Below are positions 27,062 through 36,315 of a stretch of DNA of 64,000 nucleotides, piece by piece. A model generated the notes under the pieces. It did not search any database, was not told where the DNA came from, and saw only the letters and a list, made by a program, of their open reading frames with translations. Both the position numbers and the translations under genes were made by a program. How positions within the stretch are numbered: the stretch's first letter is position 1; each line of letters opens with the position of its first letter. This DNA is from an uncultured Acidobacteriota bacterium (GTDB taxonomy: Bacteria; Acidobacteriota; Thermoanaerobaculia; Multivoradales; UBA5704), in the NCBI GenBank assembly GCA_963770895.1, contig CAVYRF010000002.1, forward strand, positions 4,288,001-4,352,000. Reading direction: 5' to 3'.

Positions 27062-28077
27062 CGGCAGTCAGCTTGGGATGGACGGCGCCCGCCGGCCTCA
27101 CGGCGGTGGCGGCCAGCCGCCTGGCGCAGTGCGAGCTGGCGCGCGAGGACGGCCGATTTTTCTCGCTCGAGGCCAGGCCCGGCGATGCCGCCGGCTGGCC
27201 GTTCCGCGCCGAGTTCCCCGAGCGCTACGTCGCCTGGCCCGGCGCCGAGGCCAGCCTGATCGGCGCCGCCGGCGGCCTGGCGCTGGCCGGCAAGATCCCG
27301 CTCGTCAACCTGTTTTCGTCCTTCGCCCTGATCCGCGCCTGCGAGCAGGTGCGGCTCGATCTCTGCTATCACCAGGCTGACGCCAAGCTGTTCGGCGGCA
27401 TCGGCAGCGCGGGGGCCGCGGACCAGGGCTTTCCGGAGCCCGCCCGGCTGGCGCTCGAAGACCTCGCCGTGGCGCGCAGCATGCCCAACATGACGGTGAT
27501 CGCGCCCGCCGATGCCACCGCCGCCTACCATGCGACCCTTGCCGCCGGCCGCCATGCCGGTCCGGTCTACCTCCGGCTGGCCCGCGACGCCGCGCCGCGG
27601 GTCTATGGCGACGCCGGCCGCGACGGCGCCGGCGGCGGGTTCGAGATCGGCAAGGGCATCGTGCTGCGCCAGGGGTCCGACCTGACGCTGGTCGCCGCCG
27701 GCGCCGGCGTGGTGGCGGAGAGCCTGACCGCCGCGGCGCTCCTGGAGCGCGACGGCATCGCCGCCCGCGTCATCGATCTGCACACCGTCAAGCCGGTCGA
27801 CCGCGCGCTGCTGGCGCAGGCGGCCGCGGAGACCGGGCTGATCGTCACCGTCGAAGAGCACCCGGTGCAGGGAGGCCTGGGCGGCGCCGTGGCCGAGGCG
27901 CTGGGCGATGAATACCCGGTGGCGATGCGCATCCTGGGCATCCGCGACGGCTGCCGCGAGCGCACGGGAACGCGAGAGGAGCGTCTGCGCCGCTACGGCC
28001 TGGACGCCGCGGCGATCGCCGCCAGCGCCGCCAGCGCCCGCCAGGCGCTCGGCGGGCGGGAGCGCCGGGGAAGGTGA
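27058..28077 (+). CDS. Transketolase C-terminal subunit, degenerate paralogue
   Basis: FPERY, RACEQVR, MPNMTVIAPAD, GPVYLRL, TVKPVD, VEEH..GGLG; GIAE is changed to PGAE and the GPxH loop to GFPEPAR. Confidence 0.85.
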   Translation: MTAVSLGWTAPAGLTAVAASRLAQCELAREDGRFFSLEARPGDAAGWPFRAEFPERYVAWPGAEASLIGAAGGLALAGKIPLVNLFSSFALIRACEQVRLDLCYHQADAKLFGGIGSAGAADQGFPEPARLALEDLAVARSMPNMTVIAPADATAAYHATLAAGRHAGPVYLRLARDAAPRVYGDAGRDGAGGGFEIGKGIVLRQGSDLTLVAAGAGVVAESLTAAALLERDGIAARVIDLHTVKPVDRALLAQAAAETGLIVTVEEHPVQGGLGGAVAEALGDEYPVAMRILGIRDGCRERTGTREERLRRYGLDAAAIAASAASARQALGGRERRGR

Positions 28078-29117
28078 ATCCGATGGGGCTCAGCATGTCC
28101 GACACCGCCGCCGGCCCGGCCCTGGGCTCGCCGGAATGGATCGCCGCCTACAGCCTTTCGAGCCGCACCGCCTGCCGCAAGGCGCAGCTCGACCTGGCGC
28201 GCGTCGAACCGCGCCTGTTTTCGCTCGAAGGCGACCTGGGCCAGTACATGGTCCCCTTCCATCGCGAGTTTCCCGACCGCTTCGTGCAGATCGGCATCGC
28301 CGAGGGCGACCTGGTGGGCACGGCGGTGGGCATGGCGCTCGGCGGCAAGATCCCGTTCGTCAACACCTTCGCTTCCTTCCTGTCGATGCGCGCCTGCGAG
28401 CAGGTGCGCTTTGCCGTTGCATCGCAAGGCGCCAACGTCAAGCTGGTGGGCTATGTCGCGGGTCTGTCGGCGTGCTTCGCCGGTCCCTCCCACCACTGCG
28501 TCGAAGACATGGCCATCCTGCGCTCGCTGCCCAACCTGGTGATCCTGTCGCCGGCCGACGCGGTCGAGACCTACAAGGCGACCTGGGCGGCGGCGGCGTG
28601 GGACGGCCCGGTCTACCTGCGGCTGGGCAGGGCCGACACGCCGCAGGTCTACTTCGGCGACTACGAGCTGACGATCGGCAAGGCCGTGCAGCTGGCCGCG
28701 GGAGACGACCTGGCGCTCCTCGCCACCGGCAACCAGATGGTCGCCGAGGCGGTCGCCGCGGGCAAGCGCCTGGCGGCTTTGGGCATCGCGGCGCGGGTGC
28801 TCAACGTGCACACCGTCAAGCCGCTGGACCGCGAAGCGGTGCTTGCCGCCGCCGCCACCGGTGCGGTGGTGACGGTCGAGGACCACAACGTCCTGGGCGG
28901 CCTCGGCGGCGCAGTGGCCGAGCTGCTGGCGCAGGAGGCGCCGGTGCCGCTCGAGCGCGTGGGAGTGCGAGACTGTTTCTGCAGCACCGTCGGACCCTAC
29001 GAGGAGATGTTGGCGCATTACGGCATGGACGCGGCGGCGATCGCGGCCGCGGCGCTGCGCGTCCTGGAGCGCAAGCGGCTGGGCCGCCGGCGGGACCTCC
29101 TGCCGGCAGAAAATTGA
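28074..29117 (+). CDS. Transketolase C-terminal (pyrimidine-binding) subunit
   Basis: FPDRFVQIGIAEG, RACEQVR, AGPSHHCVED, GPVYLRLGR, VKPLD, VEDH..GGLG. Confidence 0.92.
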   Translation: MNPMGLSMSDTAAGPALGSPEWIAAYSLSSRTACRKAQLDLARVEPRLFSLEGDLGQYMVPFHREFPDRFVQIGIAEGDLVGTAVGMALGGKIPFVNTFASFLSMRACEQVRFAVASQGANVKLVGYVAGLSACFAGPSHHCVEDMAILRSLPNLVILSPADAVETYKATWAAAAWDGPVYLRLGRADTPQVYFGDYELTIGKAVQLAAGDDLALLATGNQMVAEAVAAGKRLAALGIAARVLNVHTVKPLDREAVLAAAATGAVVTVEDHNVLGGLGGAVAELLAQEAPVPLERVGVRDCFCSTVGPYEEMLAHYGMDAAAIAAAALRVLERKRLGRRRDLLPAEN

Positions 29118-29147
29118 ACGCAATCGTGCGAAGGAGCTCAGGCCAGC

Positions 29148-29891
29148 ATGATATTCACCCCGGACTTCGTCTTCATCCACTTTACAAAGACGGGCGGGAC
29201 GTACGTGACGAAGATGCTCGCCCGTCTCTACGGCGACCGCTTCGTCGACGTCGACCAGCACGCGACGTGCAGCGACGTGCCGCAGGAACACCGCGGCAAA
29301 CCGCTGCTTTCGACAGTACGCAATCCTTACGATCGCTACGTGTCGCAATACCGCTACGGGTGGTGGAAGATCTCGCCGCACGAGTATTGCGGCGAGGCGG
29401 CGATGCGCGAAATGTATCCTCACTACCCCGACATCACCTTCGCCGAGTTCCTGGAGCTGGCCAATACCAGGTTCGTGAGCTGCCACCGCGGCTCCCCCAA
29501 CGGCTTCGTCAACGACAACTTCCCGCCCGAACGCCGGCTGGGCTGGCACACCGAAAGCTTCATCCGTTTCTATTTCCACGATCCGCGCCAGGTCTACGCG
29601 CGGCTCGACGAGCAAGCCATCGCCAGCGGCAGCTACCGCGGCGACATGTACGACGTCCGCTTCCTGCGCACCGACAACCTGCGGCGCGAGCTGCACGACT
29701 ACCTGCTCGGCGTGGGGCACAGCCCGGAGGATCTGGCGTTCATCCTCGCCTCCGAGAAGGTGCTGCCGGACGACGGCCTGGTGAGACCGCAGCACGACCC
29801 GTGGCAGAGCCATTACACCCCAACGCTCCAAGAGTTCGTGCGAACTCGCGAGCGGCTCATCTTTGATCGATTTCATGATTTCGATCAGTGA
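29148..29891 (+). CDS. Sulfotransferase-family protein
   Basis: PAPS-binding motifs FIHFTKTGGT (5'-PSB) and VRNPYDRYVSQY (3'-PB); AAGGAG upstream. Confidence 0.82.
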   Translation: MIFTPDFVFIHFTKTGGTYVTKMLARLYGDRFVDVDQHATCSDVPQEHRGKPLLSTVRNPYDRYVSQYRYGWWKISPHEYCGEAAMREMYPHYPDITFAEFLELANTRFVSCHRGSPNGFVNDNFPPERRLGWHTESFIRFYFHDPRQVYARLDEQAIASGSYRGDMYDVRFLRTDNLRRELHDYLLGVGHSPEDLAFILASEKVLPDDGLVRPQHDPWQSHYTPTLQEFVRTRERLIFDRFHDFDQ

Positions 29892-29970
29892 TGGACGGCA
29901 TCGCTTGTGACGATCGCGGCGGGCTCGCATCCTTGTCCCGCTTCGCTACGGCAGTGATACCTAAGTCTAT

Positions 29971-30051
29971 GGGTAGCAAGTGGGTTCCAAGTCGGTAACA
30001 AGTCGGTAGCAACCGATTGCGCCGATCGATGCCGGTCGATGCCGATCTGAT
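29971..30051. repeat. Two short tandem arrays (4 x 11 bp and 3 x about 10 bp) upstream of the permease-NRPS genes
   Basis: GGGTAGCAAGT/GGGTTCCAAGT/CGGTAACAAGT/CGGTAGCAACC at 29971-30014; GCCGATCGAT/GCCGGTCGAT/GCCGATCTGAT at 30021-30051. Confidence 0.75.
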
Positions 30052-30086
30052 GACCAGGGCATGAACAGGATGGAGGATTGACCCCG

Positions 30087-32534
30087 ATGGGGAGCGTCTG
30101 GCGGGATGTGCGCTACGGACTGCGGCAGCTGGTCGCGGACAAGGTGTTTTCGGTTGCCGCGATCCTCACCCTGGCCTTGGGACTCGGTGCCGCGATCACC
30201 ATCTTCACCGTCGTCAACGCAGTGCTGTTGCAAAGGGTTCCCTATCGCTCCCCGGAGCGGCTGGTGATCTTACAGGGCAGCGACAGCGACAACGGCACGA
30301 TTCAGCAGGTGTCGATCTCGCAGACCGACGTGGCGGACTGGCGCGAGCGGAGCACGGTCTTTTCCGGCCTGTCGGTGTGGGGCAGCCTGGCCTTCAACCT
30401 GGAGCAGGGCGAACGGTCGCAGCGCCTGTCGGCCGAGCTGGTCAATCAGAACTACTTCGCGCTGCTCGGGGTGAAGCCCGCGCTGGGCCGCTTCTTCGAT
30501 CCCGAGGAAGACTTGAAGCCCCTGGAGCGGTATGTCGTCGTGCTCGGCTACGACCTCTGGCGGAGCTCCTTTGGCGCCGATCCGGCGATCCTTGGCCGCA
30601 AGCTGCAGTTCAACGGCATGTCCTACCAGGTCGTCGGCGTGGGGCCGCGGGACTTCCACGGCCTGTCGGACAAGGCCGATCTGTGGGTGCCGTCGATGCT
30701 GCCGCCGATCCGCTCGTTCGTGACCTCGCGCGGCTTTCGCTGGGCGTCGGGCGTCGGGCAGCTCAAGCCGGGCGTCAGCCTGAGCCAGGCGCAGCAGCAG
30801 ATGCACGGTGTCACGGACGCTCTCGACAAGGAGATGCCCGACACCAATCACGGGTTCGGCGTCACTCTCACCCCGATCAAGGAATACCTGCTGGGCGAGA
30901 TGCGCGGCGGCCTGCTGGTGCTGACCGTCGGCGCGGCGCTGCTGCTGCTGATGGCCTGCATCAACGTCGGCAACCTCCTGCTGACGCGGGCCGCTGCCCG
31001 CCAACGCGCCTGGAGCATCCAGGTGGCGCTGGGGGCCAGCCGCCGCCGCTTGATCCGCCAGCTGTTGACCGAGAGCCTCCTGCTGTCGCTGTGCGGCGCC
31101 GTCGCCGGGTTTCTCCTGGCGCAGTGGGCCACCCGCGCCTTGATCGCCGTCAGCGGCATCAAGTTCCCGAGCTTCGTCCACATCGGCGTGTCGCCGGAGG
31201 TGATCGCGGTGACTCTGGGCCTGGCGGTCGTCTGCGGCGTGGCGTTCGGGCTGGCGCCGATCCGGGTGAGCTTTCGCTCCGACCTCACCGCGAGCCTGGG
31301 CCGCAACGACAAGCTGCCGCCGAGCCGCGGCTGGAACCGCTTCCAGAACGTCCTGGTCGTGGTCCAGGTGGCGTTGGCCCTGACGCTGTCGGTCGATTCC
31401 GTCCTCATGGCCAAGAGCTTTCGCAAGATGATCGGCGAAGACCTGGGGTTCCGCCCGGCGAACATCCTGAGCTACCGCGTCGACATGCGCGGGTCGCGCT
31501 ACGACAGCGAGGCCTTTGTCACCAAGCTGCTGGGTCAGGAATACCTGCCCCGCGTCGCGGCCGTGCCGGGCGTGCAGCAGGTGGCGATGGCGGACCCGAC
31601 GGTGCCGACGGACCAGCTGGTCGAACGGTTCATCACCATCGAGGACCACGACAGCAACGCGGCCAACGGCGCCTACCCGGCCCTGGTGCACGCGGTCAGT
31701 CCGCAGTATTTCGACATCTTCCGCATACCGATCTTGAGCGGCCGCAGCTTCAACGAGCACGACACCGGCACCTTCGCCGTGATCGTCAGCAAGGCCATGG
31801 CGGACCAGCAGTGGCCGGGCAAGAGCCCGATCGGCAGGCGTCTCAAGCTGGGCGCGCGCGTCGGCGGGCCGGCGATCAACTGGCTCACCGTCGTGGGGGT
31901 CGCCGGCGAAGTCAAGTATCAAGGCTTTGGGGCCGGGGCGCCGCCGGCGCCCGACATCTACGTGTCGCTGCTGCAGTTCATCTTTCGCCCGCCGCTGACC
32001 ATCAACTTCCTGGTCCGGCCGCAGCCGGGCGTTTCGACGGCGCAGCTGCGGCAGGCCCTGCACCGGCAGATGGTGGGGATCGATCCCGAGGTGCCGGATT
32101 ACGACGTCGCCACCATGGACGATCGCCTGGCCCGCCAGACCGACAAGGAGAGGTTCCAGCTCATCCTGATCGACGTCTTCGCCATCCTGGCGCTGCTCCT
32201 GGCGGCCATCGGCATCTATGGCGTGATCTCCTACGGCGTGGCGCAGAGAAGGGCCGAGATCGCCGTGCGCATGTCGCTGGGGGCCGACCGCCGCAGCATC
32301 GTCGGCATGGTGGTCGGACGCGGCGCCGTGCTGACCGCGGTGGGGCTCGGCCTGGGGCTGCTGGCGGTCTTCGCCTTGAGCCCGCTGCTGGTCAGCCTGC
32401 TGTACAAGACCAGCATCGCCGATCCGTGGAGCCTGCTGGGCACCTCGGCCGGCCTGTTCGCCATCACGCTCGTCGCCAACTACATCCCGGCGCGCCGCGC
32501 CGCGACCTTGGATCCGATGATGGGTCTGCGCTAG
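30087..32534 (+). CDS. ADOP-type duplicated MacB/FtsX ABC permease
   Basis: DVRYGLRQL...LTLALGLGA..IFTVVNAVLL, LLMACINVGNLLL, QLLTESLLL, GIYGVISY.V.QRRAEI.VRMSLGA, PARRAATLDP; ATG 30087 is well spaced from GGAGGA. Confidence 0.92.
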   Translation: MGSVWRDVRYGLRQLVADKVFSVAAILTLALGLGAAITIFTVVNAVLLQRVPYRSPERLVILQGSDSDNGTIQQVSISQTDVADWRERSTVFSGLSVWGSLAFNLEQGERSQRLSAELVNQNYFALLGVKPALGRFFDPEEDLKPLERYVVVLGYDLWRSSFGADPAILGRKLQFNGMSYQVVGVGPRDFHGLSDKADLWVPSMLPPIRSFVTSRGFRWASGVGQLKPGVSLSQAQQQMHGVTDALDKEMPDTNHGFGVTLTPIKEYLLGEMRGGLLVLTVGAALLLLMACINVGNLLLTRAAARQRAWSIQVALGASRRRLIRQLLTESLLLSLCGAVAGFLLAQWATRALIAVSGIKFPSFVHIGVSPEVIAVTLGLAVVCGVAFGLAPIRVSFRSDLTASLGRNDKLPPSRGWNRFQNVLVVVQVALALTLSVDSVLMAKSFRKMIGEDLGFRPANILSYRVDMRGSRYDSEAFVTKLLGQEYLPRVAAVPGVQQVAMADPTVPTDQLVERFITIEDHDSNAANGAYPALVHAVSPQYFDIFRIPILSGRSFNEHDTGTFAVIVSKAMADQQWPGKSPIGRRLKLGARVGGPAINWLTVVGVAGEVKYQGFGAGAPPAPDIYVSLLQFIFRPPLTINFLVRPQPGVSTAQLRQALHRQMVGIDPEVPDYDVATMDDRLARQTDKERFQLILIDVFAILALLLAAIGIYGVISYGVAQRRAEIAVRMSLGADRRSIVGMVVGRGAVLTAVGLGLGLLAVFALSPLLVSLLYKTSIADPWSLLGTSAGLFAITLVANYIPARRAATLDPMMGLR

Positions 32535-32556
32535 CGCTGGGACGAAGGCGCAGGCG

Positions 32557-35500
32557 ATGCAGGTTACAGAGGCCACGGGCGGGCTGGCGGTCGCAGAGCT
32601 CCACGCACCGCACGAGCATCCGGTCGAAGCCTTCCTGCAGGCGGCGCTGGCGCGGGTTCTGGGGTGCGACCCCGCCCGCATCGACCGCGCGACGCCGATG
32701 GCGTCCTACGGCCTCGATTCGCTGGCGGCGGTCGAGCTGTGCCACGCGGTCGAGGAGGAGCTCGGGGCGGCGCTGGATGTCGCGGACCTGCTGTCCGGCT
32801 GTTCCATCGCGGAGGCGGCGCGGCAGGTGGCGGCGCTCGGCGCCGCCGCAAACGGTGCCCGGCAGCGCGGGGCGCCCGGCGATCGCGCCGGCTTCTCCCC
32901 CGCCCTCGCCGCCGCCGAATTCCCGCTCAGCCTGGGCCAGCAGGCGCTGTGGATCCTGCATGGGCTGGCGCCCGAAAGCGCCGCCTACGTCATCGCCGGC
33001 GCCGCGCGGCTGGTCGGGGGCGTCGATGCGGCGGCCCTGGGCCGCGCCGTCCGCACCCTGGTGGCACGCCACCCGGCGCTGCGCACGACGTTCGCCAACG
33101 GGCCTGGCGGGCCGGTCCAGCGCGTGCATCCGCCGGCGGCGCCGGCAGCGGCCGCGTGGGCGCGCGAGGACGCCGCGGGCTGGAGCGGCGAGGAGCTCGC
33201 GCGGCGCGTGCGGCAGGCGGCGTTTCGCCCGTTCGACCTGGAGCACGGCCCGGTGCTGCGCGCCGTGCTGTTCGATCGCGGACCGCGCGAGCCCGCGGCG
33301 AGCGTGCTGGTCCTGGCGGTGCACCACATCGCCGCCGACTTCTGGTCGCTGGCGGTGCTGCTGCGCGAGCTGGGGGAGCTCTACGCCGGCGGCGGCGCCG
33401 CCGCCCTGGCCGCTCCCGGCGTGCACGTCGCCGACCTGGTGGCGCGGCAGCGGCAGGAGCTGGCGGCCGGGCGGTACGACCCGATGCTGGCGGCGGCGCG
33501 GCGGCAGCTGGCCGGCGCGCCGCCGCTCGACCTGCCGCTGGACCGCCCGCGGCCGGACCTGCAGACCTTCCGCGGCGCGCGGGTGGGCGGCCGCCTGGGC
33601 CGCGACCTGGCGCTGGCCGCCGCCGCCCTGGCGCGGCGCTGCGACGCGACGCTCTTCACGGTGCTGCTGGCCGCCTTCGAGGTGCTCCTGGCGCGCCACG
33701 GGGGGCAGGAGGACTTCCTGGTCGGAACGCCGACCGCGGGCCGCTCGTCGCGCGCGCTGGCCGGCCTGGTCGGCTACCTGGTCAACCCGGTGCCGCTGCG
33801 GGCCGACCTGGCGGCCGACCCCGACGTCCTGACGCTGGTGGCCCGGGCGCGCCGCGCCACGCTCGACGGGTTGGCGCGGCAGGACCTGCCGTTCACCCTG
33901 CTGGCCGAGGGGCTGGCGGAGGCGCGCGATCCGAGCCGTCCGGCGGTGTTCCAGGCCATGCTCGTGCTCGAACGTTCGCCGGTGCCGGAGCTGGAAGGCC
34001 TGGCTGCCTTCGCCCTGGGCGAGGGCGGCGCCCGCGTCCGCCTCGGCGCCGCCGGCGCCGCTCCGACCGGCGGCGAGCTGACGCTCGAGTCGGTCGCCCT
34101 GGAGCGGTCCGCGGCCCAGGTGGACCTCACGCTGCTCGCCGCCGAGATCGGCGGCGACCTGGCCGCCGCCTTCGAATGGAACCTCGACCTGCTGGACGCC
34201 GCGACGGCGCGGCGCATGTTCGGCCATCTGGTCAACCTGTTGACCGCGATGACCCGCCATCCGGAGCGGCGTCTTTCGGCGCTGCCGATGCTCGGCCCGG
34301 CCGAGGTGCAGCAGGTCGTGCGCGAGTGCAACGACACCGGCCTGGCGCTGGGCGGGGAGTGCCTGCACCAGCTGATCGAAGCGCAGGTCGAGCGCACTCC
34401 GGGAGCGCCGGCGGTGGTCTTCGCCGGCGAGACCCTGACCTACCGCGAGCTGAACGCCCGCGCCAACCGGCTGGCTCTGCACCTGGCGCGGCTGGGGGTG
34501 GGGCCGGAGGTGCGGGTGGGGCTCTGCCTGGAGCGGTCGGCCGAGCTGATCGTGGCCCTGGTCGCGACGCTCAAGGCGGGCGGCGCCTTCGTGCCGATCG
34601 ACCCGTCCTACCCCGCGCCGCGGATCGCCCACATGCTCGGCGACGCCCGCGTGTCCGTGGCGCTCACCGAGGAGCGGATCGCCCCCTTGCTGCCGCCTGG
34701 GGCCGCCCGCACCGTGCTGCTCGACGGCGGCGGCGACCACGACGCGGCCTGGCGGAGCGGACCCGATCCCGGCAACCCGGCCGCGGGTGGCGGCGGCCCG
34801 CTGCGCCTGGCGTACGTCCTGTACACCTCGGGCTCGACCGGCGAGCCCAAGGGGGCGATGAACAGCCATGGCGCCATCGTCAACCGCTTGCGGTGGATGC
34901 AGGAGACGTTCCGGCTGACGGCGGCGGACAGGGTGCTGCAAAAGACTCCGGCCAGCTTCGACGTCTCGGTCTGGGAGTTCTTCTGGCCGCTCGCGACCGG
35001 CGCCTGCCTGGTGGTGGCGCGGCCCGGCGGGCACCTGGACCCCCCCTACCTGCGCGACGAGATCGCCCGCGCCGGCGTCACCACCGTGCACTTCGTCCCC
35101 TCCCTGCTGCAGGTCTTCCTGGAGCAGCCGGGGCTGGAGGCCTGCGCCGGCCTGCGCCGTGTGCTGGTGAGCGGCGAGGCTCTCGGGCGCGATCTTGCCG
35201 AGCGCTTCCAAGAGCGCCTGGGACGGCTGGGGAGCGAGCTGCACAACCTGTACGGTCCGGCGGAAGCGGCGGTGGACGTCACATGGTGGCCCTGCGCGGC
35301 CGCCGGCGACGCGCGCCCGGTGCCGATCGGCAGGCCGATCGACAACGTCCAGATCCACCTGCTGGACCGCCACCTGCGGCCGGTTCCCATCGGCGTCGCC
35401 GGCGAGCTGCACATCGCCGGCGTGCAGGTGGCGCGCGGCTACCTGGGCCGCCCGCGGCTGTCGGCCGAGCGGTTCATCCCGGACCCGTTCGCAGCCGAGC

Positions 35501-36315
35501 CGGGCAGGCGGCTCTACCGCACCGGCGACCTGGTGCGGCGGCGCGCCGGCGGCGAGCTGGAGTTCCTGGGGCGTCTGGACCACCAGGTCAAGATCGGCGG
35601 CGTCCGCATCGAGCTGGGAGAGATCGAGCACGCCCTGGCCGGCCATCCGGCGGTGCGCGAGGCGGTGGTGCTGGCGCGCCGCAGGGGCGGCAACCTGCGC
35701 CTGGTCGCCTACGTGGTCCCGGCGACGCCGGAAGTCCCGGCAGCGGCGGCGGACGGCGCGCCCGACGCCGCGGCGCTGCGCGCGCACCTGGTGGGGAAGC
35801 TGCCGGCGACGATGATCCCCGCCGTCTGGGTGTTCCTGCCCAGCCTGCCGCTGTCGCCGAGCGGCAAGGTGGACCGCAAGGCGCTCCCCGAGCCGGACCA
35901 GGAAGCGGCCATGGCGCCCTGGGCGCCGCCGGCAACGGCCGCCGAAAAGGCGCTGGCGGCGATCTGGTGCGAGGTCCTGGGGCGCCAAGGCGTCGGCGTG
36001 CACGACAACTTCTTCAGCCTGGGCGGCGATTCGATCCTCGGCGTCCAGGTGCTGACGCGGGCCGCGCAGGCCGGCCTGCAGCTGACGCCGCGCCAGGTCT
36101 TCCGCCATCCCACGATCGCCGAGCTGGCCGCCGTCGCCGCGCCGATCGCCGCCGCCCCCGATGCGGACGACGCGGACGATGCGCACGATGAGGACGATCC
36201 CGCCCAGCGCGCGGCGCCGGCCGCCCTCGACGCCGCCGCATCCGGCCTGTCCGAACGCGACCTGCAGCGGTTGCTGAGCAGGCTCGTCCAGGGCGAGCAG
36301 GAGCCGGGTCGATGA
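32557..36315 (+). CDS. NRPS starter protein: T(ACP)-C-A(Ser)-T
   Basis: N-terminal carrier YGLDSL; C motif HHIAADFWS; A code read by eye DVWHLSLVDK (Ser); terminal T GGDSI; short helical tail. Confidence 0.93.
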   Translation: MQVTEATGGLAVAELHAPHEHPVEAFLQAALARVLGCDPARIDRATPMASYGLDSLAAVELCHAVEEELGAALDVADLLSGCSIAEAARQVAALGAAANGARQRGAPGDRAGFSPALAAAEFPLSLGQQALWILHGLAPESAAYVIAGAARLVGGVDAAALGRAVRTLVARHPALRTTFANGPGGPVQRVHPPAAPAAAAWAREDAAGWSGEELARRVRQAAFRPFDLEHGPVLRAVLFDRGPREPAASVLVLAVHHIAADFWSLAVLLRELGELYAGGGAAALAAPGVHVADLVARQRQELAAGRYDPMLAAARRQLAGAPPLDLPLDRPRPDLQTFRGARVGGRLGRDLALAAAALARRCDATLFTVLLAAFEVLLARHGGQEDFLVGTPTAGRSSRALAGLVGYLVNPVPLRADLAADPDVLTLVARARRATLDGLARQDLPFTLLAEGLAEARDPSRPAVFQAMLVLERSPVPELEGLAAFALGEGGARVRLGAAGAAPTGGELTLESVALERSAAQVDLTLLAAEIGGDLAAAFEWNLDLLDAATARRMFGHLVNLLTAMTRHPERRLSALPMLGPAEVQQVVRECNDTGLALGGECLHQLIEAQVERTPGAPAVVFAGETLTYRELNARANRLALHLARLGVGPEVRVGLCLERSAELIVALVATLKAGGAFVPIDPSYPAPRIAHMLGDARVSVALTEERIAPLLPPGAARTVLLDGGGDHDAAWRSGPDPGNPAAGGGGPLRLAYVLYTSGSTGEPKGAMNSHGAIVNRLRWMQETFRLTAADRVLQKTPASFDVSVWEFFWPLATGACLVVARPGGHLDPPYLRDEIARAGVTTVHFVPSLLQVFLEQPGLEACAGLRRVLVSGEALGRDLAERFQERLGRLGSELHNLYGPAEAAVDVTWWPCAAAGDARPVPIGRPIDNVQIHLLDRHLRPVPIGVAGELHIAGVQVARGYLGRPRLSAERFIPDPFAAEPGRRLYRTGDLVRRRAGGELEFLGRLDHQVKIGGVRIELGEIEHALAGHPAVREAVVLARRRGGNLRLVAYVVPATPEVPAAAADGAPDAAALRAHLVGKLPATMIPAVWVFLPSLPLSPSGKVDRKALPEPDQEAAMAPWAPPATAAEKALAAIWCEVLGRQGVGVHDNFFSLGGDSILGVQVLTRAAQAGLQLTPRQVFRHPTIAELAAVAAPIAAAPDADDADDAHDEDDPAQRAAPAALDAAASGLSERDLQRLLSRLVQGEQEPGR

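Noticed and set aside
29971-30051. Possible CRISPR array
   Set aside because: Units are 10-11 bp and contiguous, with no unique spacers and no cas genes.
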